64,000 nt of DNA, from IMG/VR virus record IMGVR_UViG_3300025951_000004, one strand, 5' to 3'. The position numbers were made by a program, and so were the translations under genes. The notes under the pieces are model-generated. The model ran no database searches. It was given only the letters and a program-made list of their open reading frames with translations, and had not been told where the DNA came from. The DNA comes from an uncultured virus (IMG/VR IMGVR_UViG_3300025951_000004). Taxonomy: Duplodnaviria > Heunggongvirae > Uroviricota > Caudoviricetes. Shown here one piece after another: positions 27,418 to 37,690 of this stretch; positions within the stretch are counted from its first letter, which is position 1; every line of letters starts with the position of its first letter.

Positions 27418-28338
27418 TCAGGGCAGCGCGAGCGCGTCGGTCACGGCGACTCCGGCAGCAAGCAGCCGGTCCGACTCGGGACCGGCTTCGACCACGATGC
27501 CGAAGTCGAGCGTGGTCTGGCGCAGCCCGTCGTTCACGATGTCCGCCCATCGTCGGCCGTCGCGCTCGCGCTGCCCGAGGTCGCCGCCGATGAAGCGCCG
27601 GCCGTGGCGATGGCAAGAAAACGCAACGGTTCCCGAGCCCGCGAAGGGGTCGCCCACGAGGTCGCCTGGCTGCGAGTAGCAGAGCACGAAGGCGTCAGCG
27701 AGGTCAGCCGCGAAGGGAGCCGGGTGGTCGCTGTCGGTCATGTTGTGCCCCGCCGTGCAGCGAATGATCGTGCTCAGTTGTCGGGTCCCATCGTCGACGA
27801 AAGAAGACCGCTTCGTCCTTCCGCCGAGCCGACGGCTTCCGCCCGGCGACCATGTTCGACCAGGCGCGAGACTAGGAAGCGTGTGCGCGGACCCGTCGAA
27901 GTGAACCTGGCCGGGGCGAGAGAAGACGTGGACCAACTCCCCTCCGCTCCGCCACCTCGGACCGTGCCTGCCCGGCATGCGCTCGACCGCGTAGACGCAT
28001 CGCTCGACGTAGCGGAAGCCGACCCGCTTGGCCCAGTCGAGCGCGACCTCGAACGCGATGAGCGAGCGCTCGCTCTCGCCGAGCTCGGGTCGCCACACGC
28101 GAATGGGCCCGTCGATGTTCAGCGAGACGACGCCACCCGGCATGAGCGCCTCGAACACTGCATCGCCGAGCCGACCGTAGCCCGCGAGGCTCGTGTCGAA
28201 CGCCGCGCAGCCGTACTGCTCGGGCGTCCGCGCGTCGGGGTAGGGCGGCGAGGTCACGATGAGCCTGACCCCGCCCGCGTCGCGCATGGCGGCGAGCGAC
28301 TCGAAGCAGTCGCGGTGCTGGACGTCGTGACCGAAGTG
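27418..28338 (-). CDS. beta-class N4-C/N6-A DNA methyltransferase (first ATG at 28287)
   Basis: RDCFESL, IVTSPPY, HPAPF, GDPFAGSGT. Confidence 0.85.
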   Translation of the reverse strand, partial: HFGHDVQHRDCFESLAAMRDAGGVRLIVTSPPYPDARTPEQYGCAAFDTSLAGYGRLGDAVFEALMPGGVVSLNIDGPIRVWRPELGESERSLIAFEVALDWAKRVGFRYVERCVYAVERMPGRHGPRWRSGGELVHVFSRPGQVHFDGSAHTLPSLAPGRTWSPGGSRRLGGRTKRSSFVDDGTRQLSTIIRCTAGHNMTDSDHPAPFAADLADAFVLCYSQPGDLVGDPFAGSGTVAFSCHRHGRRFIGGDLGQRERDGRRWADIVNDGLRQTTLDFGIVVEAGPESDRLLAAGVAVTDALALP

Positions 28339-29388
28339 TCAGAGCAGGGCGAGCTGGCCCCCGGTCGGCGCGGCCTCGTTGGCCTCGGCGGCGGCCACTG
28401 GCGAGCCGGTGGCCGCGAGAATGCGGGCGCGGCAAACCTCGAACGAGTCGGCGTCCCGCTCGACGCCGACGAAGCGAGCCTGCTCGGCGACACAAGCAAC
28501 CCCGGTCGAGCCCGAGCTCCCGGACGGGTGGGCATCGTCACCGCGGGGTCGATCCCCGTAGCGACCCTCTCCGCCACCATAGACGGACTCCGTCTGGCTC
28601 ACGACGCCTGCTGGAAACCTCGCCTTGTCGCCCCTCGGCACCCGGCACGCTCCGATGTTCATCGCCCCGCACCCGTGGGTGAGCACCTGCCGGGCGTAGG
28701 TGAGCCGCGTCGGCTTGCGTGCGAGCAGCCATTGCTCGTGGCCCGGGGCGAGCTGCGAGCTCCAGTCGGTCCAGCGCTCGGCCTCGGGTGTGGAGGGGGC
28801 GGTGAGCATGCACTCGCGCTCGGGGTCACCCGTCCCCCCGATGCAGCCTTGATACACAGACGCCCCCTTTGACGCAGCGAGCGAGTACCCTGGAAGGCCG
28901 AGCTTCGAGCCGACAACCTCGCGCTCGGCCCCCAACATCGCGTCGATCTTCTTGCCGAGGTCACCGGCCTTGGACATTCCTTCACCGGATAGGTGAAGCA
29001 AGCTGTCGTGGATCTCCCACCCTGTCGCACGCAACGCGAGTCCGGCGAGGTCGGCCGTCTTCGGCAGCGCCCACGCGCAGACGAAGCCCCCCGGCTTGAG
29101 CACGCGGTCGACCTCGCTCCACACGTCGGCCATGAACGCGACGAAGCCCACGGCCCACGGGGCGAGCAGGCCGGCGAGGCGCCCGCTGGCGTCGCGACCC
29201 CTTGCGGTGCGGGGCTCATAGTTAGCGAACGAATCCCATGGCTTGCCCATGAACCCGACGCCAGCGGGCGGGTCCGTGATCACGACGTCGACGCTCTCGG
29301 CCGGGAGACGGGCGAGCACGTCGATGCAGTCGCCATGCACGAGCAGCGGGGACTCGACCGAGTCGGGCAGCGCGAGCGCGTCGGTCAC
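28339..29388 (-). CDS. beta-class DNA methyltransferase with internal deletion
   Basis: GDCIDVL, ITDPPAG, PGHEQWLLARKP, SGSTGVAC; the HPTVKP...LDPF segment is absent. Confidence 0.75.
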   Translation of the reverse strand: MTDALALPDSVESPLLVHGDCIDVLARLPAESVDVVITDPPAGVGFMGKPWDSFANYEPRTARGRDASGRLAGLLAPWAVGFVAFMADVWSEVDRVLKPGGFVCAWALPKTADLAGLALRATGWEIHDSLLHLSGEGMSKAGDLGKKIDAMLGAEREVVGSKLGLPGYSLAASKGASVYQGCIGGTGDPERECMLTAPSTPEAERWTDWSSQLAPGHEQWLLARKPTRLTYARQVLTHGCGAMNIGACRVPRGDKARFPAGVVSQTESVYGGGEGRYGDRPRGDDAHPSGSSGSTGVACVAEQARFVGVERDADSFEVCRARILAATGSPVAAAEANEAAPTGGQLALL

Positions 29389-29846
29389 GGCGACCCCTGC
29401 AGGCGGCCGAGCGCGAGCCCGTGCAGCGTGAGGCCGAGGGTCTGCGCGACACGAGCCGCGCCACCACGACCGCCGAGCCTGGGCTCGGCGCCCAAGACCC
29501 ACCGGCGGATCCCGGACTTGTCGAGGCTCAGCGCGCGCGCGAGCCCGGGCATCGTGTGCAGCTCGACCAGCTCGAGCATCGCGGCCGACCACTCGCTTGA
29601 GACGCGAGGTCGGACCTCGGCCGGCAGCCAGGTCGGGGCGGCGAGCGGCTGCTCGTCGATCAGGTCGTCGAGTGACCAGCCAAGGTACTCGGCGCAAGTC
29701 AGGGCGGCGTAGAGCGTCGGGATCCGAAGCCCGCTCAGCCAGTGGCTCACGGTCGCGTCGGCCAGGCCAGTCGCTCGGCAGACCGCCACTTGGCGAAGGC
29801 CGTGCAGGTCGAGGGCCTGCTCGAGTCGGGCGCCCCAGTAGATCAC
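29385..29846 (-). CDS. XRE-family HTH regulator (two HTH-like units)
   Basis: LRQVAVCRATGLADATVSHWLSG; LARALSLDKSGIRRW. Confidence 0.75.
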   Translation of the reverse strand: MIYWGARLEQALDLHGLRQVAVCRATGLADATVSHWLSGLRIPTLYAALTCAEYLGWSLDDLIDEQPLAAPTWLPAEVRPRVSSEWSAAMLELVELHTMPGLARALSLDKSGIRRWVLGAEPRLGGRGGAARVAQTLGLTLHGLALGRLQGSP

Positions 29847-30055
29847 GGCTCACCTGCTTTGGCGAGCTCGGCGATCCCGGCGTCGGTGATCTCCAGCAGC
29901 ATGCTGGCGCTCTCGCGGTCCGCGGGCCAGCGGATCAACTCGGCGCGCAGCAGCCAGTCCCGATGGATCCCGGCCACGTCCGGGAGGGCGGAGGGGAGCG
30001 AGGGCCCGTCCTCCGCGAGCTTGCGCAGGATAGCGAGGCGAGGTGCGATCAGCAT
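29843..30055 (-). CDS. small winged-helix-like protein
   Basis: LEITDAG motif; coupled ORF. Confidence 0.45.
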   Translation of the reverse strand: MLIAPRLAILRKLAEDGPSLPSALPDVAGIHRDWLLRAELIRWPADRESASMLLEITDAGIAELAKAGEP

Positions 30056-30349
30056 CGCTGGCTCCTCTCTCGCTCGAAGCGCTTGCAGAGGCGGTCCAAG
30101 CGAGCGCGGGCCAGCGCCCGGGCGAGCCAGCGCCAGCGCGGGAGCGCGTCGAGCCGGTTGAGCGCCAGCCAGAGCCTCGGCTCGATATCGTGCTCGTCGA
30201 GGTGACTCATGGCGTTGTCCTACCTCGACGGCACCAGCGGCATTCCAGGAACCGAGCTCGTGCTCGGCGGGCGTAGTCGGCAGCTGCCAGGAGGCTGGCG
30301 ACCAAGAGCATCGCCCCGAGCCCGCCTGCCTGGCCGACGTGCTCGTCCT

Positions 30350-31147
30350 TCATCGGAGCAAGTCCTTCACGGCTTCGAGCGACTTGGCGGCACGCATGGC
30401 TAAAGCCATCTCCCACCACAGCGGCCACCGTCCACGGGTGGCCCTGAAGCCTGATGCCGCCTCACCATCGGCAGGCCATAGGACCCCAGTATCAGGACAG
30501 GGTGCAATCTTTTGGGCTGCATCCGTGAGGTGGGTGAGGACGAGTTCGTCTCGCTCACGTCGAACTCGATCCATTAGTTCCGAGGTGCGCTCGCGGGCCG
30601 CCTCGACACGCAGGCGAGCCGCCTTCGCAACTCCGGCCGCGAGCGCGTCCCGCTGCTCGGGCGTCGGGGAGCGACCGTGGCCAATGTCCATGAGGGCCTC
30701 GTGCAGCCCGCCGGGCACGCTGCCGACCGGCGCCGGGTCGGCGAGTTCGCCGGTCAGCCCGCAGCGCGGGCAGACGTGGGGGATGGTCGCGGCCTGATCT
30801 TCGACCGGAGCCAGCCGGGCCCCGAGCTTCGCCGCTGCCCGAGCGGCCTCGACATCCGCCCAGAGCCAGCGCTCTTTCGCTGCGGTCCACCCCTCGGGAT
30901 CAGCTTCATCCGCTTGGTCGACGCGCTCGCGCAGGCCGTCGATGATGGCGAGTAGATCGGCGATATCGGGGACGTCGAGCATGACGTCGGCGTCATCGCT
31001 CGCCACGATCGCGCGCGCGAGTTCCTCGGCTCGGGAGATGGGCTTGTCGGTTGGCATCACCGTCGCCGAACCAGCGCCCTCCCTTGATATTCCTGGTCCG
31101 GGAATCTCTTCCGGCGCGGACGGATTGAGGTCAGCCATGAGCGACAT
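30350..31147 (-). CDS. hypothetical protein
   Basis: CPRCG; coiled-coil-like segments. Confidence 0.5.
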   Translation of the reverse strand: MSLMADLNPSAPEEIPGPGISREGAGSATVMPTDKPISRAEELARAIVASDDADVMLDVPDIADLLAIIDGLRERVDQADEADPEGWTAAKERWLWADVEAARAAAKLGARLAPVEDQAATIPHVCPRCGLTGELADPAPVGSVPGGLHEALMDIGHGRSPTPEQRDALAAGVAKAARLRVEAARERTSELMDRVRRERDELVLTHLTDAAQKIAPCPDTGVLWPADGEAASGFRATRGRWPLWWEMALAMRAAKSLEAVKDLLR

Positions 31148-31165
31148 CGTCGCGGTCGAGCCGGG

Positions 31166-32146
31166 TCACGAGTAGATGCCCGCGCCAAATATCCCATCCG
31201 GCATGTCATCACCCTGACCAGCCCAGGCGAGCGCCGAGGCAAGCCGCGGATCCTGCCCGTCGATCCACCCATTGAGCCCGACCATGCCCCACGCGATCGC
31301 CACCTCCGTGAAGCTTGCCTGGCCCGGCCGGCTCATCCGCCAGGCCCAGGCGAGAGCGCCCCAGACCGGATCGCCGTGTGGCGAATGCGTCAGCTCGGCC
31401 AGCCGCACCGCGCCAGGCCGTCCTTGGACCATCGCCAGCTCGAGACCCACAATCCAATCGTCCGTGAGCGGCTGATGAACGACGACGAGGTCGAGCGCGA
31501 GCAGCAGCGCCTCGGCCACGCCCGGACCCGCGAGAGCCATCGCCAGCGCCAGCACGACGAACTCGAGACACGGAGCCTCGACCACCCGCTCGTCGCACCG
31601 GAACTCGGAGGTCAGCCCCAGCCGAAGACGGATGTTCTCGCTCGCCGACGCGACCGCCCGCATGGTCGCCTCGATCACGTCATGGCCGGTCGCGATCGCG
31701 TGCGATCGAGCCTCGAGACGCCACCGGGCCCACGCTGGTGCCTGAATGGCCTTGTATGTCTCGCGGCCCTGCCCGCCAACTCGCTCGCCGCTGCAACGCG
31801 ACCAGACGTTCGCGCCGGCTCCATCGACATGATCGAACTCTCCCGCCCCATCGAGGCGCGAGAGCGGCTCGTCTTCGCCGATCGCCAACTGCCGGCCACG
31901 AACACCCGCGACCTCGTACTCGAGCAGCGTCCAGTCGCGGGAGTAGAGGTAGATCACCGGCCGCACCTGGCGCTCGCGAGCCGTGCCCTTCCGGTTGGTT
32001 TTTCCCGGGATCGCAGCGTCGATCCACGCGAGCGCGCTGCTGGTCCAGTCGCTGCTGGGGACTCCCGGCGCGCGAACAACATCCGCGAACCCGCCGAGAT
32101 CAAGCACCGTCTGCACGCTCACGAGCAGACCCAGTTCTTCAGTCAT
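31166..32146 (-). CDS. hypothetical protein
   Basis: Long ORF MTEELGLLV... Confidence 0.55.
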   Translation of the reverse strand: MTEELGLLVSVQTVLDLGGFADVVRAPGVPSSDWTSSALAWIDAAIPGKTNRKGTARERQVRPVIYLYSRDWTLLEYEVAGVRGRQLAIGEDEPLSRLDGAGEFDHVDGAGANVWSRCSGERVGGQGRETYKAIQAPAWARWRLEARSHAIATGHDVIEATMRAVASASENIRLRLGLTSEFRCDERVVEAPCLEFVVLALAMALAGPGVAEALLLALDLVVVHQPLTDDWIVGLELAMVQGRPGAVRLAELTHSPHGDPVWGALAWAWRMSRPGQASFTEVAIAWGMVGLNGWIDGQDPRLASALAWAGQGDDMPDGIFGAGIYS

Positions 32147-32273
32147 GCGATCCCTACCAAGCCCACCCGCGGGCATTCCAGCGAATCCGCTTCCACGATC
32201 ACTACGAGGACAAGCTAGGCCTCGTGCAGATCGGGAATGCCCAGCGTCTGCCCGCGGTACGATATCGCGTGAC

Positions 32274-32811
32274 CATGCGCTACGTCCTCACTGATCGAGC
32301 CATCGCCGCCGTCCGCATTCTCGCCGCTGGCGTGCTCGCGGATCCCAACTCGCAGCCGAGTGATAGCGATCTCGCTCGACAAGTTCGGAAGCTCTTCAAG
32401 GACGCGGCCATGGTCCCGGCCGAGGACATGGCCGAGGTCGCCCGCTACGCTCGAGATCGAGCCCGCGAGGGGAAGGGGTCCAAGGACCGAGACATCGCCG
32501 AGATAGCGGACTCGATCCTCGTCGCGCTCGCGGAGTCGAAGATCCCGGACGAAGCGGTGCTGGTGCTCGGCCGCAGGGGCGAGACGAGCGTCTCCAAAAT
32601 CGAGGCCGCGTGGGCTGAACTCGAACGCTCGATGATCGCGATGGTCACCCCAGACGGAAGTCGGCGCACGCTTGCGGAGGGGATCCGCGAACTGACCAAT
32701 CTCGCTGACAAGCTGACACGCGAGCGCGAGGCTGCCGAGGCTTCGCTCGACGATGTGGCCGAGCAGCTCGCCGCGCTGGTCGTGTCCGTGCGCGATAGGA
32801 CGGGCTCGTGA
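32274..32811 (+). CDS. hypothetical helical protein
   Basis: MRYVLTDRA...; GTGA overlap with the next gene. Confidence 0.55.
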
Positions 32812-33533
32812 TCACCAAGGGCATTCTCTATCGGCACGACCGTCGGCCAGAGTGGGGGCTCGGCATGCTGGTCAGCGTGGACGGGATCGATCGATTCACG
32901 CTGCTTTTCAGCGACGCAGGCACGCGCAGGTGCACGGCCGAGTTTCTGCGCGAGGTAGACCCCGACGCGCTGAAGCTCGAGCAACCCAAGCTGCTCGTTC
33001 CGCCGCGACGGCCTCGCGCGAGCTCTGGCCGCCTTCGAGAATCACTCACGCCGCGCTCGACCCAGGGCGCTCGGCGAACAAGTGAGGCGGGCCTTTGCCC
33101 GCAATGTGGCGGGGCTCGACCTCCTGAGCGGTGGGGCTGCGATCCGTGCCGCGTTCGCAAGAATGCGCAGGAAAAGGCCAGGCGAGCGCAGCTTCGTTCG
33201 ACCAGCCAGAACCCGCCCGGCATGCTCGGCGGGAAGGGGCTCGCCTGGACGGTCGCGGAACTCGACCGGCTCTCGGCTCTCGTGCCCGGATCTCGGTCAG
33301 ACAGCGAGCTGCGGGAGCACTTCCCTGCCCGCTCGGTCAAGATGATCAAGCGCAAGCGCGTCGAGTTGGGCCTGCTGCGGGGCGCGGCCTCCAATCCCTT
33401 CACGCCCGATGAGCTGGCGCGCATCGACGCACTCAAGCTCACGGGTGCGCGGGACAAGGAAGTCGCGGCGCAGCTCGGCCGCACGACGAGTTCGATACGT
33501 CAGCTCCGATGGCGGCGAAAGGCGGGATCGTGA
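32808..33533 (+). CDS. DUF3553-like N-terminus, Zn finger and tandem Myb-like HTH
   Basis: RH..RPEWGLG; CPQC..CDPC; WTVAELDRL and FTPDELARI repeats. Confidence 0.6.
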   Translation: MITKGILYRHDRRPEWGLGMLVSVDGIDRFTLLFSDAGTRRCTAEFLREVDPDALKLEQPKLLVPPRRPRASSGRLRESLTPRSTQGARRTSEAGLCPQCGGARPPERWGCDPCRVRKNAQEKARRAQLRSTSQNPPGMLGGKGLAWTVAELDRLSALVPGSRSDSELREHFPARSVKMIKRKRVELGLLRGAASNPFTPDELARIDALKLTGARDKEVAAQLGRTTSSIRQLRWRRKAGS

Positions 33534-33588
33534 GCGCGCGACGAGTTCGGCACGACATGGTCCTGCTGGAGTCTGCGCCGGCGACTGG

Positions 33589-34053
33589 ATGGTGACCATG
33601 CGCCGGCGGTCTAAGCGGCGGCAGGCCGTGCTCGAGGCGATTCCGGTCCTGCCCACGATCAGCACCGACCGCACGCCAATTCGACCCGAGGACCCGAGCT
33701 TCCGCGAGTTCGTGCGCCGGCTGCCCTGCGTGGTGTGCCTCAAGCCCACGCTCGGCGGCGACCCATGCCACCTGCACACCAAGCGCGTCGCTGGCGATTG
33801 GCTCGAGCACGATGGCGAGTTCGTCGGCAACATCTTCCCCGCGTGCCGGGTGCACCATAGCGCGCAGCACAGCGAGGGGATTTACAGCTTCCAGATCTCG
33901 CGCGGGCTCGACCTCCACGCGACCGTGTCGCTGATCGGCAAGGCGTACCAGCGTGGGTGGTCGGCCGATGGACTCGGGGCCGCCGCGATCATCAGGCGCG
34001 GGTATATGGGCGTTGACGTGACCCTCGTCCTCGACGGCGAACTGCCGGCCTAG
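33589..34053 (+). CDS. DUF968-like His/Cys nuclease
   Basis: FVRRLPCVVC...DPCHL...PACRVHHSAQH. Confidence 0.65.
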   Translation: MVTMRRRSKRRQAVLEAIPVLPTISTDRTPIRPEDPSFREFVRRLPCVVCLKPTLGGDPCHLHTKRVAGDWLEHDGEFVGNIFPACRVHHSAQHSEGIYSFQISRGLDLHATVSLIGKAYQRGWSADGLGAAAIIRRGYMGVDVTLVLDGELPA

Positions 34054-34091
34054 TCGGGGACCGGGTCGCCGAGAGGATGACCGCAATGCGT

Positions 34092-34337
34092 TTATTGGGC
34101 GAGGGCCAGGATCGCCCGCATCGCAGCATCGTCGCCGTTGACCAGGTCAAAGACGGCCTGCCCGAGTTCGGCAGGACTCGCTCCGGCGCGAGTCGCCACG
34201 AGCGCGACCGACTGGCAGTAGCCCGCGTTGCAATATCCCGGGGTCTCGTTCGCCACGAGCACGACGCTGCCTCGCTCCAGATCGGACCATCCGCAACCCG
34301 CGGCGCGAATAGCTTGCTCTGCTTCTTGCGCTGTCAT
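34092..34337 (-). CDS. hypothetical protein
   Basis: ORF directly after the fibre-like gene. Confidence 0.45.
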   Translation of the reverse strand: MTAQEAEQAIRAAGCGWSDLERGSVVLVANETPGYCNAGYCQSVALVATRAGASPAELGQAVFDLVNGDDAAMRAILALAQ

Positions 34338-34338
34338 T

Positions 34339-35778
34339 TCAGATCCCCTTGCTGACCCTGAACTTGTCCCAGAGGGTATTGGTAGCGTTGCTGCTGGTCC
34401 TGCTCACGAGCCTCAGCTCATAGCCGTTGTTGTTCAAGACCACCGCCGTGCCGGAGATCTTCTGCGGGACGGTGCTCAACGCCGAGATGGTGTCACGGGT
34501 TTCGGGAAGGTTGGTCCAGCCCCCGCCATCATTGAATTGGAGCTGCACATCAACCACAGTCGCCGCACCACCCGACCGCCGACCTTGTGCAGACCAGCTC
34601 ACGCGGTCGGTCCGCTGATCTTCAGGCCCGTCGTAGCGCATCGACCAGACTTGTAGCGACGTGATCGTGAGTGTATGTCGCTCGTTGGCCGGCGTTGCAG
34701 CGAGAGTTACGCCGTTGGGCGCGATGGAAGCATTGTTGCTCGGCATGACCTCCCAAGCGTTGCTAGCCACATAGACCTGTGAGACAGGGGTCGGAGCGGG
34801 AGTGCCCGTCGTATCCAGGATCAGGTCGCCGATGAACTGTGAGTCAGGCGCGCCCGTATTGCCAAGCGACAGGATCCTGATGTCGGTCTGGTCGAGCCCA
34901 GCTGGATCGAAGAGGGCCCCGGCTTTCACCGAACCGCCGCTCACCTCGACTCCGAAAACGTTTGTGGGTGGCGATCCACCTGGCAACGTGGCCGCCACGT
35001 CCACATAGAACATGAAGTCGCCGGTGGTCCCGATTGCGGGGCGGTCGAATCGCAGCACGATAGCAACCACTGCCGTCGCGAGAATGGTCCATGCGGTATG
35101 CGAAACGACCCCTTGCGAGATGGAGCCCGAAGTCGACCAGATGGCAATGGCGATAACGCCATCGATCACCAGACCAATCGCCCCTGATGCCCCAGGGGCG
35201 ATTGATACGTTCTCAAACGCCGATATGCCGAGGCAGTTCTGGACGACACCAGCCGTCTGTCCGCGTAGCGCAACATCGCGCCAGTTAATCTGTCGCCCAG
35301 CAAGAGATTCGCACAGGACATCGGACCCGGCCGCGTTGATGTTCTTGACCGAGATCCCCGCAAGATTGAGTTCGCCGGATAGCAACGGACCTACGAAGTC
35401 GCCCTCGATGTTCACCTTCGATGCGCCGAGGGCTTCGATCGATCCAGGGTGAACGATAGAGATGCTCTCGGCCGCGCCCAGCACGATCGAGGCGCCGGTC
35501 GGAGACACCCAGATCGTCTGCTTGTCGATCGTGTAGACCCCGAGCACGGCCGGAAACATGGCTTCGAGCGACGCGACCGAGTCGATCACGATCAATCCAC
35601 CGACCTGCGCGGCGAGCAAGTCGAGCCCCTGCTGGATCGTGGTCGCACCGAGCGGGCCCGCTGCGCCGATGTCGGCCGCGTCAAGGACGATTACCGGACC
35701 TACGTCGCCGTTGACCGACGTAATGCCATCGCCCACCCCCGGGCCATCCGCTCCGCGGAGCCCGTCGGCGCCCCTCAC
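34339..35778 (-). CDS. putative tail fibre/spike-like structural protein
   Basis: Collagen-like GADG start, ITSVNG..G.V.L.AADIGA motif, beta-rich body. Confidence 0.55.
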   Translation of the reverse strand: MRGADGLRGADGPGVGDGITSVNGDVGPVIVLDAADIGAAGPLGATTIQQGLDLLAAQVGGLIVIDSVASLEAMFPAVLGVYTIDKQTIWVSPTGASIVLGAAESISIVHPGSIEALGASKVNIEGDFVGPLLSGELNLAGISVKNINAAGSDVLCESLAGRQINWRDVALRGQTAGVVQNCLGISAFENVSIAPGASGAIGLVIDGVIAIAIWSTSGSISQGVVSHTAWTILATAVVAIVLRFDRPAIGTTGDFMFYVDVAATLPGGSPPTNVFGVEVSGGSVKAGALFDPAGLDQTDIRILSLGNTGAPDSQFIGDLILDTTGTPAPTPVSQVYVASNAWEVMPSNNASIAPNGVTLAATPANERHTLTITSLQVWSMRYDGPEDQRTDRVSWSAQGRRSGGAATVVDVQLQFNDGGGWTNLPETRDTISALSTVPQKISGTAVVLNNNGYELRLVSRTSSNATNTLWDKFRVSKGI

Positions 35779-36212
35779 AGCGGTCGCCCCCCGGCCAGCA
35801 GCAGCGCCTCGACCACGGGAGCCGAGACGTCCGTCAGCGTCAAGTGCAGCCGGCCGATGCGACCGCGCGAGTGCAGGTCGCTCTGCAACAGCACCTGCCC
35901 CGGCAGAGTCGACCCCTCGATCTCGACGACGGTCTTGTCTCGCGACCGCCCGCCGCCATCGAGCTCGACCGCCACGTAGGCGTCGACAGTCATGGTCCCG
36001 AGCGAGACGATCGCTGCGTCGGGTGCCGTGCTCGCGCGACCACGCAGAGCGAACTGGAGTCGGTCGCCCGTGATCCTGAAGCGCCGCGCGCTGTCGGGCG
36101 GCATGATCGCCGGGTCGAGCCAGTCGGTGTCCGCGAAGGGGCCGGGCGAGATGACGAGTTGCCGGACGATCATGTCGTAGGCGATCCTACGCGATTCCTG
36201 TCCACGCTGCAC
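35775..36212 (-). CDS. hypothetical protein
   Basis: Coupled to the fibre-like gene. Confidence 0.5.
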   Translation of the reverse strand: MQRGQESRRIAYDMIVRQLVISPGPFADTDWLDPAIMPPDSARRFRITGDRLQFALRGRASTAPDAAIVSLGTMTVDAYVAVELDGGGRSRDKTVVEIEGSTLPGQVLLQSDLHSRGRIGRLHLTLTDVSAPVVEALLLAGGRPL

Positions 36213-36590
36213 GGCGCATCGAGCGGGCCGCCTAGGCGATGCCTCGCCGGTCCGCGAGCGCGATCGGGGCTCAGCAGAGCAGGAGTTGGCCCCGCGCGAG
36301 TCCCAGCTCGAGCCCGAACGGCATCATCCGCCGACCTTCGCTGCCCCGCCGGTCCCTGGCTCGCCGAAGGCGAAGAGCACGAGCCGCTGCTCCCACGCGA
36401 TGGCATCGGCATTCGGGACGGCCCGCACGCGGAGGCGCTTCCCGCCGAACTCGAACTCGACCGTGTAGAGCGGCTGGTACGACGCGAGGCGGCTAGTAGT
36501 GCGGACCGCTCGGCCCACACAGACGATCGACGATTCGACCTCGGCTCCGTTGCATGACCACTTCGATTGGCGGGTCTGGGGGATGATGTT

Positions 36591-36963
36591 CTACTCGCTT
36601 CCGAAGCCCACCCACCTGCCGCCAAGCCGAGGCACCTTCGCCACGATGCGACATCCGCGAGCTCGAACCATCGTGTCGAATCCGTGGCCGCCATCGTCGA
36701 GGTCGACAATCTCAGGCGATTCTCGGAGGTCCTGACGCGCGGTCTCAGCATCGATCTCGCAGCCGAAGCTAGCCACTTGATAGGCCATCTCGCGCTGCTC
36801 GGACCTGTATTTCGCAGCAGCTTCACTGAGTAGTGCGCTCGCGCCATCGGCCCCGTCAGCCGTCGCTAGGGCCGCGGCAATCAAGCGATCGCGCGCGTCC
36901 TCGCTCGGGTCAGACATCCAGGTTCGGAGGCGCGCGATCGCTTGATTGAGCGTGATGGTCATA
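36591..36963 (-). CDS. hypothetical protein
   Basis: MTITLNQAIARL... Confidence 0.45.
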
Positions 36964-37366
36964 CGACAGACTTGGACAGCTTGGCCAACATGGCCTCGGC
37001 ATTGGCGACCCGCCCCCCGATAATCGCCGTGATTGCTCGGCGGGCGAGGTCGATCTGCCGGACGCTGTAGATTGAGATCATCTCGTCGACGGCCTCGCGG
37101 GTCAGGATGTTGGTGCCATCGGGGATGGTTGCGGGTTCCACCCATTGCCGTTCTCGCATGGCTCCGGTGATCTCGCTCAGCACGGCGAGGCGAAGATAGG
37201 TGAGCGCCTTCAGGCGATCCTTCGCCCGCCTGCGAGCTCGTAACTCCCACCATTCGAGCAGCGCGATGGTCCGCGCAACCGCGACGGACTCGACGGCGAG
37301 GTCTTCGGCGTGCACGAGCAGCGGGCTGATGTCGACTTTCTCGGGGGGCTCGGCGATCATCGTCAT
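36959..37366 (-). CDS. hypothetical protein
   Basis: ORF. Confidence 0.5.
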   Translation of the reverse strand: MTMIAEPPEKVDISPLLVHAEDLAVESVAVARTIALLEWWELRARRRAKDRLKALTYLRLAVLSEITGAMRERQWVEPATIPDGTNILTREAVDEMISIYSVRQIDLARRAITAIIGGRVANAEAMLAKLSKSVV

Positions 37367-37432
37367 CGCTCTACCGGCTCGCCCGGTCGGGCATTCCCCG
37401 CGATCGACGGACGCTCATTGAGCAGTACTCGA

Positions 37433-37681
37433 TCAATCGAGGCAGTCGGCCCGCCCGGTCGCGTCCTCGCTGATGTTCTCGCACCAGCCGATCGTGCCCC
37501 CGTCGCAGTCCGAGTCGAGGCTCTTCACCTGCACGCAGACCTCGGTCTTCGACCCGGCGGAGGTGTAGCAGCACAGCCACCCGCTCGAGTCGACGAGCAC
37601 GGGCCGGAGGAGCAGCCACGCGGCGAGGGCCAGGCCGGCGACGATGAGTAGGGCGGAGATGGCGAGCAGGATCTTGCGCAT
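37433..37681 (-). CDS. small Cys-rich membrane-anchored protein
   Basis: N-terminal TM helix; six Cys. Confidence 0.6.
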   Translation of the reverse strand: MRKILLAISALLIVAGLALAAWLLLRPVLVDSSGWLCCYTSAGSKTEVCVQVKSLDSDCDGGTIGWCENISEDATGRADCLD

Positions 37682-37690
37682 GGCCGGAGC

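Noticed and set aside
36324..36593. Genome-wide stop-codon reassignment, suggested by an in-frame continuation after TAG
   Set aside because: TAG and TGA end many conserved genes at the expected positions; an in-frame continuation is likely chance in high-GC DNA
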